Assembly: GCA_001777915.1 (NCBI GenBank)
Contig: MFFN01000004.1
Span: 425,744 to 489,743 of the forward strand
Direction of reading: 5' to 3'
Length of the DNA: 64,000 nt
DNA from: Candidatus Edwardsbacteria bacterium RifOxyA12_full_54_48
GTDB lineage: Bacteria; Edwardsbacteria; AC1; EtOH8
Shown: positions 19,363 through 29,000 of the stretch, piece by piece
Position numbering within the stretch: position 1 is the first letter of the stretch
Layout: each line of letters starts with the position of its first letter
Program-made: the position numbers and the translations under genes
Notes under the pieces: model-generated
The model's input: the letters and a program-made list of their open reading frames with translations, nothing else
The model's database searches: none
What the model was told of the DNA's origin: nothing

Positions 19363-20478
19363 TTAAAAATTATAATTAATCCCAGCATATGCCAGGAGTT
19401 TTTTATAATTATAAAGCTCATCATTGGATGAATTATTGACATAATTAATCCCCGCCCCCAAATCTATGCCGTTGGGGCCATCTGACAACGGAGCGGTGTA
19501 GTCTATTCCCAAAACAGTCTCTCGGTCCAGCCGGACGGTCCCCAAACTTTGTCTGGTTAATATGCTGGCATTGTCCGCTGCCGGAAGGCTATAGGCATCA
19601 AGCTTGTCATAGCTTCTGCTGATATAATTGGCCCATAAGGCCATCTTCCCGGCGGGTTCAAGTATTAAAGTTACTTTTGCCCCCACCTGGCCGCCGGAAT
19701 AATCAAAATATTCGTTCACCTCGCTCAGTAAAGTGTCGGGCATATAATAAGGATCGGCGGTGGTCACCTGGTTTGTTAAATACGAGCATTCCAGGGAAAG
19801 GCCGATATTTGATCCAAGCCCCTGGCTTACCCGGCAACCCGGAGACAGGTTTGTAATATTCACTGGAACCTGGCTGTCGGCAGGCAAGGGAGAGAAATCG
19901 TACTTTTTATATCCTGCTAAAATTGTCAAACCGCTCCGGGTAGGAAGAAATATATTTATGGATAGGTTTGCTATTGATTGATCAAAGTCATATTTTGGTA
20001 AATTCTTATATTGATATCTCCCCAGGGCCCCGTCCGCTTTTAACAGCACCGGTTGAGCAATATATATTTTTGTCTCGCCGATAACTTTAAAATTATTGGT
20101 ATCATAAGCCGAGCGGTCCGCAGCATTGAATTGAAAGCTATAAGCGCCACCCAAACCAACGAAACCATCTTTTCCCAAATTCCGCCACAGGATCATTTTC
20201 AGCAAATGGTCGTTTTGATTGATGCCCAAATAACTGAGGTAGGCGCTGTAGCTGCCGGAATAATCAGCTCCCAAAATCATCCCGGCCAATTTTAAGTCAA
20301 TGTCGGTGTTAAGATCCAACCGGGCGGTTCCGACCACGCTGCCTCCGCCGTAGGAATCGTTATAGGCATTGCTGTCGTATTCGCCGCTCACCCCGATGCT
20401 TCCTTTGATCTGGGCAAATAAGGTTCCTGATAAAACTATTGTGATTATCCCGGTAATATAGAATTTTAAATTCCTCAT
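19363..20478 (-). CDS. Predicted outer-membrane beta-barrel protein
   Basis: Signal peptide; EYDSNA start motif; alternating aromatic strands; NNSSNDELYNY; C-terminal GINYNF. Confidence 0.7.
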   Translation of the reverse strand: MRNLKFYITGIITIVLSGTLFAQIKGSIGVSGEYDSNAYNDSYGGGSVVGTARLDLNTDIDLKLAGMILGADYSGSYSAYLSYLGINQNDHLLKMILWRNLGKDGFVGLGGAYSFQFNAADRSAYDTNNFKVIGETKIYIAQPVLLKADGALGRYQYKNLPKYDFDQSIANLSINIFLPTRSGLTILAGYKKYDFSPLPADSQVPVNITNLSPGCRVSQGLGSNIGLSLECSYLTNQVTTADPYYMPDTLLSEVNEYFDYSGGQVGAKVTLILEPAGKMALWANYISRSYDKLDAYSLPAADNASILTRQSLGTVRLDRETVLGIDYTAPLSDGPNGIDLGAGINYVNNSSNDELYNYKKLLAYAGINYNF

Positions 20479-20515
20479 GGTTGGTCTTCCTTAAAGATGA
20501 TGTCACAAAGCAAGA

Positions 20516-20545
20516 GAAGCGCAGGTAAATAAGGTCCTGCGCTTC
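20516..20545 (-). terminator. Intergenic hairpin (partial terminator or mRNA stabiliser)
   Basis: GAAGCGCAGG-N10-CCTGCGCTTC. Confidence 0.5.
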
Positions 20546-20561
20546 ATTATTAAGTGCCTAT

Positions 20562-21068
20562 CTATCGGCCCCGCCCGGTGGTTGTGCTGCCGCCCTTCTT
20601 GCCATTGGCTCCGCCTTTGGGCGTCATATCATCATCCTTTCCGTCCTTTTTACGGGTACGGGTTCTGGTCTGCTCCTTGGTCTGGGTGGAATCGGATATA
20701 CCATCTCCATCCTCGTCCCGATATCTGGTCTGGGTCATTTCGCCCTGGCCCTTGTCGCCTTCCTCGGTGCGAGTGCGGATCTTCTGGTCCTGGCCTTTAT
20801 TCTGGGTGCGGACCTTGTTTTGTTCCTTTACCTTAGCAGAGTCGCTCTCCGTCAATTTCTTCTCTTCCCTGGTTCTGGTCTGGGCCATCTCGCCTTGTCC
20901 ATTTTGGCCCTCTTCAGTTCGAACCCTCAATTGGGTCTCCTCGCCCTGATTTTTAGTTTTGATCTCATTTTTCATTTTCAGACTGTCGCCCTCTTCAGCC
21001 AGGGCCACTGTGGTCAAGGCTAGAGAAAAAATTAAGACCGGCAGCAAAAGCATGATGAATTTCTTCAT
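20562..21068 (-). CDS. Secreted low-complexity repeat protein with a DxDxDG calcium-loop-like motif
   Basis: Signal peptide; internal repeat RVRTEEGQNGQGEMAQTRTR / RTRTEEGDKGQGEMTQTRYR; DEDGDGISD; RBS AGGAGG. Confidence 0.75.
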   Translation of the reverse strand: MKKFIMLLLPVLIFSLALTTVALAEEGDSLKMKNEIKTKNQGEETQLRVRTEEGQNGQGEMAQTRTREEKKLTESDSAKVKEQNKVRTQNKGQDQKIRTRTEEGDKGQGEMTQTRYRDEDGDGISDSTQTKEQTRTRTRKKDGKDDDMTPKGGANGKKGGSTTTGRGR

Positions 21069-21127
21069 TTTATGAACCTCCTTATAAATTGCGGTTTGAT
21101 GGCCAGTTTCTGTTTTGTCATATTACA

Positions 21128-21156
21128 TTAGAGTTGCCCATTATTAATAAGGTTCC
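21128..21156 (-). promoter_or_regulatory. Candidate ECF-sigma promoter
   Basis: Minus strand GGAACCT-17-TCTAA, similar to the sigmaE-type GGAACTT/TCTAA consensus. Confidence 0.4.
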
Positions 21157-21285
21157 CAAACATAATTATAACATTAATATTGATATTAGACAATCAATAT
21201 GATATCATGGCTTAGGTGTAGTTAATATGTTTTTTGAGTATCTCTAACTAATTGTATCGCATTGTATTATAAATATTATTAGTTT

Positions 21286-23211
21286 ATGAACAAAACATTC
21301 GATATCATAATCATTGGCGGGGGCCATGCCGGCATAGAGGCATCGGTAGTTTGTACCGGCATGGGGCTGAATACTGCTCTATTCAGCATCACCCTGGACC
21401 GTATCGGCTGGATGTCATGCAATCCGTCAATCGGCGGATTGGCTAAAAGCCATCTGGTAAAAGAGATCGATGCTCTGGGCGGAGCCATGGGCCGGTTGGC
21501 CGATTTGTCGGGGATACAGTTCCGAATGCTGAACAAAGGCAAAGGGCCTGCGGTCTGGTCTCTCAGGGCTCAATGTGACCGCCCGCTTTATTCGGCCGAA
21601 GCCAAGCATCTTCTGGAGAACCTGCCTAATTTAGAGCTGCGGCAGGCCTTGGTTGATGACATTATATTAGAGGAGCGGTCCGGCAAAAAGTGTGCGACCG
21701 GCGTGAGGACCGAAAGCGGCCAGGAGTTTTTTGCCCAGGCCGTGATCGTGGCCACCGGCACTTTTCTTAACGGTCTGATCCATATCGGAGACCGGTCCTT
21801 TCCGGCCGGCCGGGCCGGGGAATTCCCGGCCCGAAAATTATCAGATTCTCTAAAATTATCCGGGCTGAAGATGGGCCGGCTGAAGACCGGAACCCCGGCC
21901 CGGGTTAATTCTCAAAGCGTAGACTTTTCTGCAATGTCCGAACAGCCCGGCGACCCCGACCCGCTCCCCTTCTCCCGGCAGACCAGGATTTACGAGGTCA
22001 TCAATCAGCGCACCGATCAGAAAAGAAGGGTCTGGCCGGCGCTGCTTCAGATTCCCTGCTACCTTACCTACACCAACCCCGTAACCCACCAGATCATCCG
22101 AGACAATCTTTCCCGCTCGGCCCTTTATTCCGGCCGGATAACAGGCATCGGCCCCAGATATTGCCCCTCTATCGAGGACAAGGTGGTTCGCTTCTCCGAG
22201 CGACAGGGACATCAGGTTTTTATCGAGCCCGAGGGCCTCAATACCAATGAGCTGTATCTTAACGGCATCTCTTCCTCCCTGCCCGAGGAAGTTCAGGAGA
22301 AGATGATCCGCTCCATAAAAGGCCTGGAGAATGCTAAAATAACCAGGTCGGGCTACGCCATAGAATATGATTTTGTTTTTCCCACCCAGTTGTTTCCCAC
22401 CCTTGAGGCCAAACTGGTATCCGGGCTGTACCTCGCCGGGCAGATCAACGGCACTTCGGGATATGAGGAGGCCGCGGCCCAGGGGCTGATGGCCGGGATC
22501 AATGCTGCTCAAAAGATTTTAGGGAACGATCCCTTCATTCTGCGAAGAGACCAGGCCTATATCGGAGTTTTGATAGATGACCTGGTCACCAAGGGAACCG
22601 AGGAGCCATACCGGATGTTCACCTCCCGGGCCGAATACCGGCTGTTGCTGCGTCAGGACAACGCCGAGCAAAGGCTTCTGGCTTATGGTTATGGCCTGGG
22701 TCTTATCGCCGAGGATAGGTGGGTCGATTTCCAAAGGACCCAAGGCAGAGTGGAGTCTGAAATCCAGCGTCTTCGTCTGGAAAAAGCCCTGCCGCCGGAT
22801 GCCAATGGTATTCTTGAGAGACTGGGAACCTCGCCCATCAGCCAGCCAGCCAGCCTGGCCGAATTATTGAAACGTCCCGAGGTGACTTACGATGATCTAC
22901 TGCCCTTGGACCAGTACCGCCCGGATTACGACCGGACGGTTTTTGAAAAGGTGGAGTTGGAGCTTAAATACGGCGGATATGCCAAACGCCAGCAGGATGA
23001 GGCCCTGAGGATGAGGGGGCTGGAAAATATGGTGCTGTCGAACGACTTCGATTACGATCTGGTTTATGGCCTTTCCTCCGAAGCCCGCCAGAAACTGCAG
23101 AAACTTAAACCCCTCAGCCTGGGCCAGGCCTCGAGAATATCGGGCGTGTCCCCGGCAGATATTAGTATGCTGCTGATTCACCTGAAGAAGGCAAAACCTG
23201 CTGCCCATTAA
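21286..23211 (+). CDS. mnmG: tRNA uridine-5-carboxymethylaminomethyl(34) synthesis enzyme MnmG (GidA)
   Basis: [57 protein letters not shown]. Confidence 0.98.
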   Translation: MNKTFDIIIIGGGHAGIEASVVCTGMGLNTALFSITLDRIGWMSCNPSIGGLAKSHLVKEIDALGGAMGRLADLSGIQFRMLNKGKGPAVWSLRAQCDRPLYSAEAKHLLENLPNLELRQALVDDIILEERSGKKCATGVRTESGQEFFAQAVIVATGTFLNGLIHIGDRSFPAGRAGEFPARKLSDSLKLSGLKMGRLKTGTPARVNSQSVDFSAMSEQPGDPDPLPFSRQTRIYEVINQRTDQKRRVWPALLQIPCYLTYTNPVTHQIIRDNLSRSALYSGRITGIGPRYCPSIEDKVVRFSERQGHQVFIEPEGLNTNELYLNGISSSLPEEVQEKMIRSIKGLENAKITRSGYAIEYDFVFPTQLFPTLEAKLVSGLYLAGQINGTSGYEEAAAQGLMAGINAAQKILGNDPFILRRDQAYIGVLIDDLVTKGTEEPYRMFTSRAEYRLLLRQDNAEQRLLAYGYGLGLIAEDRWVDFQRTQGRVESEIQRLRLEKALPPDANGILERLGTSPISQPASLAELLKRPEVTYDDLLPLDQYRPDYDRTVFEKVELELKYGGYAKRQQDEALRMRGLENMVLSNDFDYDLVYGLSSEARQKLQKLKPLSLGQASRISGVSPADISMLLIHLKKAKPAAH

Positions 23212-23287
23212 TTTCAACTTGATATCTGGGGCATTTTCTTGTAATATGGTTGTGTTCGTTTTCAGTTATAATTTGGAGGAGATGGTC

Positions 23288-25255
23288 ATGAAAAAAATAA
23301 TTATGTCGGCACTGGTCCTGATTTCTTTCTGCCTGTCCTGGGGGCAGGCCATTAAATTCGAATTCTCCAACATCCAGTTCCGCACCGGACGGGCCAGCAT
23401 AGACCCCAAAACCTATCCGGCCCTTGATTCCCTGGCGGAATTTTTAAAGAACTCCGGAGCCAAGATAGAAGTTGCCGGACATACCGACAATGTTGGGGGA
23501 TCCAGAGCCAATCAGCGGTTGTCCCAGCAACGGGCCGAAGCAGCCAGGCGTTACCTGATCTCCCGGCATCGTATTCCGGCATCGCAACTGGTTGCCAAGG
23601 GCTACGGGGACCTTTTTTCCCTGGTTCCCAACCTGACCGCCGAATACCGGGCTCGGAACCGCCGGGTGGAGATCACCATACTTTCCAAGATCAGGACCGC
23701 CCGGCTTTCATACATCCAGGGCAATGTCTTCACGCGCAAACAAGGCATCAGCAGCTGGCAACCGGCGGTGCTGGACCAGGTGCTTACCATACAGGACGAG
23801 GTGGTGACCGATTCGCTGGGCCGGGCCGAGATCACCTTTGACAACGGCACCAGGATCAAGGTGCTTCCCAGATCGGATGTTGTGATCACCAAGCAGTCCT
23901 GGAGCGAAAAGGAGGGGGCCGGAGATACCGAGCTAAAGCTTTTGACCGGGCGCACCCTTTCTAGAGTGTCCAAACTCCGGAACAGCCGGGAGCGCTTTTT
24001 GGTGACCACCCCCACCGCAGTGGCCGGCAGCCGTGGCGCGGAATTCATCGTGGAACAAAAGCCCGACCGGACCGCCCTGCTCTCGGTCTGGGAAAGCAAT
24101 GTATCCTGGCAGTGGCCGGCAGCCGGCTCCATGGAGAGGGAGGTCCCTTCGGGCAAGGGGTGCCTTTGCCGTTACGGACAGCAGCCGGAACCCCCGGTGG
24201 ACCTGCCGGCTCCGCCGTTCCCAAAATCCCCGGCGGCCAATGATACTTTCTTTTATAATCCGGACCGGACCCGTTCCATCACTTATCATTGGAGCAAGCC
24301 GGCTGATATTAAGGCCCACCTCCTGGTCTGGCAAGATGCTGATCAGAACGAGGTACTGGTTGACGCAGTTGTGTCCAACGACAGCTTTAAAATGGCTCCT
24401 CCAAAGGCCGACAAGATCTACTGGTCATTGACGGCGGTAGATTCTGTAGGATTTGAGGGACAACCCTGGCCCAGCCGGGTGTTATATCTATCCCGGAAGC
24501 TGGATAATCCGCAACTGGAGATAATAAACCCGCGGCCCGATCAGAAAATTCCATCTGCTGCCACACTAGTCGCCGGCCTGAGCGAATATAAAGCAGTAGT
24601 TACCATCAACGGGCAGACATTATCAACCCAAAATGACGGCGGGTTTTCTCAACCCCTAAAACTGACCCCGGGAATAAATAACATAATAGTTACTTCTACC
24701 GATCGGGCCGGCAATACCGCCTCGATGTCTTTCAGTGTGGTCTCTTCGCCTCTCAAGCGTTATGAGCTGCAGCCCTTTGGTGCCGGCATCAAGCTGCTGG
24801 GGGGGGATCTTGACGACAGTGAGATCGGATTCCTGGCTGGCCTGAAGGTGGGATACAATCTGTCCGAAAAGATCGGGATAGGCGTCCTGAGCGGGTATGG
24901 GCAGGCTGGAGCCAAAAATGTCGGAGCTCCTTCCCAGGAGTACCTTACGGCCATTATGGCTGCCGGAGCCTGGGGGAAATATACCTTTGCCCCGGAAGCC
25001 GCAGTCACTCCTTATTTGACAGCCGAGGCCGGAGCCATCCTGTGGAAGAACCAGTATAACGATGCCACAATTTATGAATCGAACAGCCCGTTCGTCGTCA
25101 TCGGGCCGGGAGTGAGGTTCAATCTGAACCCCGGCATCGGACTGCAGGTCGAAGGGAAGGGCGGATTCATGGCCAACAATGATCCCAACTCCGGACCGCT
25201 GGATGCCAACAACCTGTTCCTCGTAGGATCGTTCGCTGTCTGCTTTGGCTTTTAA
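23288..25255 (+). CDS. OmpA-like domain + FecR domain + Ig-like domain + C-terminal beta-barrel fusion
   Basis: IEVAGHTDNVG...LSQQRAEA...RARNRRVEI (OmpA); VTTPTAVAGSRGAEF (FecR); LTPGINNIIVTSTDRAGN (Ig); terminal F; RBS GGAGGA. Confidence 0.8.
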   Translation: MKKIIMSALVLISFCLSWGQAIKFEFSNIQFRTGRASIDPKTYPALDSLAEFLKNSGAKIEVAGHTDNVGGSRANQRLSQQRAEAARRYLISRHRIPASQLVAKGYGDLFSLVPNLTAEYRARNRRVEITILSKIRTARLSYIQGNVFTRKQGISSWQPAVLDQVLTIQDEVVTDSLGRAEITFDNGTRIKVLPRSDVVITKQSWSEKEGAGDTELKLLTGRTLSRVSKLRNSRERFLVTTPTAVAGSRGAEFIVEQKPDRTALLSVWESNVSWQWPAAGSMEREVPSGKGCLCRYGQQPEPPVDLPAPPFPKSPAANDTFFYNPDRTRSITYHWSKPADIKAHLLVWQDADQNEVLVDAVVSNDSFKMAPPKADKIYWSLTAVDSVGFEGQPWPSRVLYLSRKLDNPQLEIINPRPDQKIPSAATLVAGLSEYKAVVTINGQTLSTQNDGGFSQPLKLTPGINNIIVTSTDRAGNTASMSFSVVSSPLKRYELQPFGAGIKLLGGDLDDSEIGFLAGLKVGYNLSEKIGIGVLSGYGQAGAKNVGAPSQEYLTAIMAAGAWGKYTFAPEAAVTPYLTAEAGAILWKNQYNDATIYESNSPFVVIGPGVRFNLNPGIGLQVEGKGGFMANNDPNSGPLDANNLFLVGSFAVCFGF

Positions 25256-25279
25256 ATAACCGTTGGTCTCAAAAATGAT

Positions 25280-25309
25280 AAAAGGGCCTTCCTGCAGGAA
25301 GGCCCTTTT
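25280..25309. terminator. Bidirectional terminator
   Basis: AAAAGGGCCTTCC-TGCA-GGAAGGCCCTTTT between convergent genes. Confidence 0.85.
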
Positions 25310-25323
25310 TCAGTAATGATGCA

Positions 25324-26010
25324 TCAAACATTGGGGTCGGCAATTATCTTCTTCCGGCACCTTATCCATCCGGCCAGCAGCCCCAGGAAGAAAAGCAGCA
25401 GGGCCAGAACGGCAGAGAGCAACCCCAGCAGATATTTATCCCGGGGACTGGTTTGTCCGGGGTTATTATCATAGCCCCTTTCCTTGACGGTCACATATAT
25501 CAAGGCCTGGGTGCTGTCCAGCTGAGCAGAGCTCCTCAGCTGGCTCTCCAGCGATTCTATCTGCTGGGTCAGCAGCTTGACGATCTCCGGTTCCGGCTTT
25601 TCGGAGGAGATCGCCCTCTCCAGATATTTTTTGAATATGCCCAGCTTCTGCCGCAGGCTCTCCGAATCGTAATAATTCTGATACTCGCTATAGCTTTTGG
25701 ACTGGACATCGCCCAGTTCGGCGAAAGATCCCATAAGGGCCAGGGCCTTCTCCTTGGCGACCTGAAGGTTGATGTTTATGGAGCGTTTCTTGGTCTGATT
25801 ATTGGTGTATTCGTTGAAGTTCTTGACCATGGGGTTGAATTCGGCATTGATCCGGTCGATCTTTTGGGTAACGCCTTTCATGCTCCCGACCTCTATGACC
25901 AGGTTGCCGTTTCCGGCCCCGCCGGCCGATCCGATCCTGGCGGCGACACTTTCGGCACCAGCCATTCCCCACATCAGCAAAGCAAACCAGCACAAAATAT
26001 TTCGTGCCAT
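25324..26010 (-). CDS. Exported protein with coiled coil and C-terminal TM anchor (DUF4349-like)
   Basis: Signal peptide, LGDVQSKSY, coiled coil QQIESLESQLR, C-terminal hydrophobic helix. Confidence 0.55.
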   Translation of the reverse strand: MARNILCWFALLMWGMAGAESVAARIGSAGGAGNGNLVIEVGSMKGVTQKIDRINAEFNPMVKNFNEYTNNQTKKRSININLQVAKEKALALMGSFAELGDVQSKSYSEYQNYYDSESLRQKLGIFKKYLERAISSEKPEPEIVKLLTQQIESLESQLRSSAQLDSTQALIYVTVKERGYDNNPGQTSPRDKYLLGLLSAVLALLLFFLGLLAGWIRCRKKIIADPNV

Positions 26011-26061
26011 TCATCTCTCCTTAAAATATTAACGTTGCGGTCACAAAGCATCGTATATACC

Positions 26062-26090
26062 AGTATAATGCCGGTGATATTCCCGGTCAA
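26062..26090 (-). promoter_or_regulatory. Sigma70 promoter
   Basis: Minus strand TTGACC-17-TATACT. Confidence 0.6.
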
Positions 26091-26101
26091 GAGAATATTT
26101 A

Positions 26102-26971
26102 TCAGGTTTCGGCCAGCACCACCCCGCCGATCAGGATCATCCCCCCGATGACCAGTCCGGCGGTCAAATTTTCCCCCAACAGGAAGATGCCAGACAACAC
26201 GGTCACCAGTGGTATCAAGTATACCACCGCTCCCAGCCGGGCGGCCTCGGTATGTTTTAAGGCCCAGGACCAGACCAGGAACCCGAAGATGGTGCACACC
26301 AAGGTCAGAAAAGCCAGCGCCCACCAGGCCGGAGCCGGCAACTGGGCCAGGTTGCCCGGAATGAAAAAAACCAGCGGCAGGCTGCCCCACAATATGGCCG
26401 ACATGGTTATCAGGCTGGGATCCTCCCGGCTCATCATGGGCTTTCCCACGATGGTGTAAATTGCCCAGGATATCGGCGCACCCAGCGTGATCAGCACCCC
26501 CCACAGGTAGTTGAAGTTGATGGGGTCACTGGTCCCCCAGCGCACCACCGCAAACAGGCCGGCGAAGGAGACGATTATCCCCAGCAGTTTTCTGGCGGTG
26601 ATCTTTTCCCTCAAAGCCAGCCTGGAGGCGATCAGGGTGAAGATGGGGGAGAGGCCGACCATCAGGCTGGCGGTTCCGGCTGCAATTCTGGTCTCGCCGA
26701 AGTTGAGGGCCAGATTATATCCCAGGACGCCGGTAATTCCGTACAGCAAGATGCCCCGCCACTCTTTGCCCCAGGCCACCAGCATTTTTTTGGGGCCATA
26801 GAAGACCAGCATCACAGCCAGGACGATCGCCGCCGCCGGAACATACCGCAGAGCGGTAAGCCCCATGGCTGAAAACTTCTGAACCTCCAGCAGATATTTG
26901 ATGGCCACAAAAGCAATCCCCCAAGAGAGAACCACCAGCAGCATCAAGAAAAGCAGCAATATTTTTTTCAT
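26102..26971 (-). CDS. EamA/DMT family transporter
   Basis: About 10 TM helices; SWGIAFVAIK, LSPIFT...LREK, LIPLVTV...LGE. Confidence 0.9.
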   Translation of the reverse strand: MKKILLLFLMLLVVLSWGIAFVAIKYLLEVQKFSAMGLTALRYVPAAAIVLAVMLVFYGPKKMLVAWGKEWRGILLYGITGVLGYNLALNFGETRIAAGTASLMVGLSPIFTLIASRLALREKITARKLLGIIVSFAGLFAVVRWGTSDPINFNYLWGVLITLGAPISWAIYTIVGKPMMSREDPSLITMSAILWGSLPLVFFIPGNLAQLPAPAWWALAFLTLVCTIFGFLVWSWALKHTEAARLGAVVYLIPLVTVLSGIFLLGENLTAGLVIGGMILIGGVVLAET

Positions 26972-26983
26972 ATATTTCCCGGA

Positions 26984-27835
26984 TTATTTTCCCAATTCGG
27001 CGGTGAGGGTCCCCGCCAGTATCATGCCCGCCCCCAGCCATCCCGCCATCGGCAGCCTCTCGCCGAAAAGCACAAAGGCAAAACCCGCCGCAAACAGGGG
27101 CTCCATGGTATAGATGATGGCGGCCCTGGTGGCGGTGGTCCTTCTCTGCCAGTAGAACTGGATGACCAGCGCCCCGGCGGTGGCCAGCAGGCTGGTGACG
27201 GCCAGGTCCAGCAGTAGGCTTTGTGACCAATGCCAATGCGGTTTTTCCAAGATGCCGACGAACATGGCCGAAAGAACAATGGTGGTTATTATTTGGACCA
27301 TTATCATGTCCAGGGGAGGATGTTTTTGGGTGAATTTCTGCACCAGCACCACCTCCACTGCGAAGCTGACTGCGCAGAGGGCGGTCAGCAGGTCTCCCTT
27401 GTTGAAACCTCCGGCCTCGGGACGGGAGAGGAAGTACAGCCCCGCGGCGGCCATGATCACCCCCAGTATCTGCCAGCCGTCACTTTTGGTCTTCAACATG
27501 ACGACCGAGAGCGATGGCACCAGCACCACGCACATTCCGGTGATAAAGGCCGATCGGGTGGCGGTGGTGTGAACCAATCCCACGGTCTGAAAGGCAAATC
27601 CGGCGAACAAAAAAACCCCTATCAGCATTCCGTCGCGCCAGCCCTCCCGGGAAAGTTTTTTCAATCCCTTATAACAGAAAGGCAGCAACACCAACCCGGC
27701 CAGCAGGAATCGCACCCCCAAAAAGATCAGGGGAGAGGCATACAGCATGGCGTCCTTGACCGCCACAAAGGTGACGCCCCAAAAAAAGGTGGCCAGCAAC
27801 AGCCACATATCGGCTTTAAAATGTCTGTTCGGCAT
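26984..27835 (-). CDS. EamA/DMT family transporter
   Basis: FWGVTFVAVK, FAFQTVGL, SAFITG, IYTMEPLFAA...GE. Confidence 0.92.
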   Translation of the reverse strand: MPNRHFKADMWLLLATFFWGVTFVAVKDAMLYASPLIFLGVRFLLAGLVLLPFCYKGLKKLSREGWRDGMLIGVFLFAGFAFQTVGLVHTTATRSAFITGMCVVLVPSLSVVMLKTKSDGWQILGVIMAAAGLYFLSRPEAGGFNKGDLLTALCAVSFAVEVVLVQKFTQKHPPLDMIMVQIITTIVLSAMFVGILEKPHWHWSQSLLLDLAVTSLLATAGALVIQFYWQRRTTATRAAIIYTMEPLFAAGFAFVLFGERLPMAGWLGAGMILAGTLTAELGK

Positions 27836-27902
27836 AGGCAGATATTATATCATAAAAGCCGGGAGTTTTAATATGCTCCGGCCCCGGTGAAGGAAAGAGT
27901 AT

Positions 27903-29000
27903 TTATATCGCCAGGCTTCGTTCTCTTTCGGAACTATTTTTATTTCCCATCATTCCCTCGATGCCGTTCAATATCTGCCGGATCTCGCTCCGGGTGGGTG
28001 GATAGTAGCGGTCGGCGGAACCAAGGGTGGGGTCCCGGTATAATTTGATCAGCTTGCCGCGGCTCTCCCGGGCGATGATGGTTGACAGCTTCTCGCCCGG
28101 CATGAATTTGGCCTGATCCTGATTCCGGAAGGAGGGATTTATCATCAGCAGGGAGAGGGCCTGTTTGCGGTACAGGGAGGCCGCCCGGATGGTCTCCCGG
28201 TAGGCCGGCTCATCGAAGATGTCGGGGCAATGGGCGGTCAGGGGCTCGGGATAGCCGTCGCTGAGCAGGATGACCAGGTTGGTGGAGCCGGGCTTGCGGA
28301 ATTTCTCCAGCCGGACCATGGCCAGGGCTTTTAGCAGGCCGTCGGCCAGCGGGCTCTCCCCCTGGACCTTGAGGCCCATCAGCCCCTTGGTGATCACCCG
28401 GTAGTTGTGGGTAGGATGGTTGAGTATCTTGGCCTGCATGCCCTGCAGGGAGATCAGGCCGATGCGGTCCTGATGCAGCTTGAAGTAGCCGGTCAGGGAA
28501 TCCAGTATCTCGGCGAAGATCTTGATGAAGGGGAAGGTGGATCGGCTGACGTCCACCAGCAGCACCAGGGTCATGCTCTGGCGCTCCAGCTTCTCCCAGC
28601 CCACAAAATCGCCGGGGCCGATGCTGAATTCCTTCCGGGACAGCGAATATTTGCCGCCTATCAAGGAGCCGACCACCGTCTGCAGCGGGGCCAGGGTGTT
28701 CTCGCCGGCCCGAAAGCGGACGGCCTTGATGTTGCGTCCGGACCGGTCGCTGATGACCGACCGGCGTTTCTTGCTGCCGCGGACAGTCCTGGACTTTAAG
28801 CGGCTTATTTTGTTGAGGAATTTGAAGAAGGCTTTTTTTAGCTGGCTGAAGGTGCCGGGCGGCTCCTGGAACAAAACCGGGGCCGCCTGGTCCTGAGCCT
28901 GGGGGCGGAGAAGGATGACCGGTCTTTTCTTTTTCCTGAAAGTTAGTATCTTTTTGGAGAGATCCAGAAATTTTTCAGCTAGGGATTGCCGTTTTTTTTT
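27903..29000 (-). CDS. ChlD-like vWA-domain C-terminal half, reached by a -1 shift at the A9 run
   Basis: MIDAS LLVDVSRST, SPLADGL, ILLSDG; frame is open up to 29087, overlapping the ATPase ORF; only a TTG start in the ORF track. Confidence 0.75.
   Translation of the reverse strand, partial: KKKRQSLAEKFLDLSKKILTFRKKKRPVILLRPQAQDQAAPVLFQEPPGTFSQLKKAFFKFLNKISRLKSRTVRGSKKRRSVISDRSGRNIKAVRFRAGENTLAPLQTVVGSLIGGKYSLSRKEFSIGPGDFVGWEKLERQSMTLVLLVDVSRSTFPFIKIFAEILDSLTGYFKLHQDRIGLISLQGMQAKILNHPTHNYRVITKGLMGLKVQGESPLADGLLKALAMVRLEKFRKPGSTNLVILLSDGYPEPLTAHCPDIFDEPAYRETIRAASLYRKQALSLLMINPSFRNQDQAKFMPGEKLSTIIARESRGKLIKLYRDPTLGSADRYYPPTRSEIRQILNGIEGMMGNKNSSERERSLAI

Noticed and set aside
21069..21285. AT-rich region next to mnmG as a possible oriC
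   Set aside because: No DnaA boxes seen; better explained as divergent promoters. Kept only as an alternative in the origin-layout finding.
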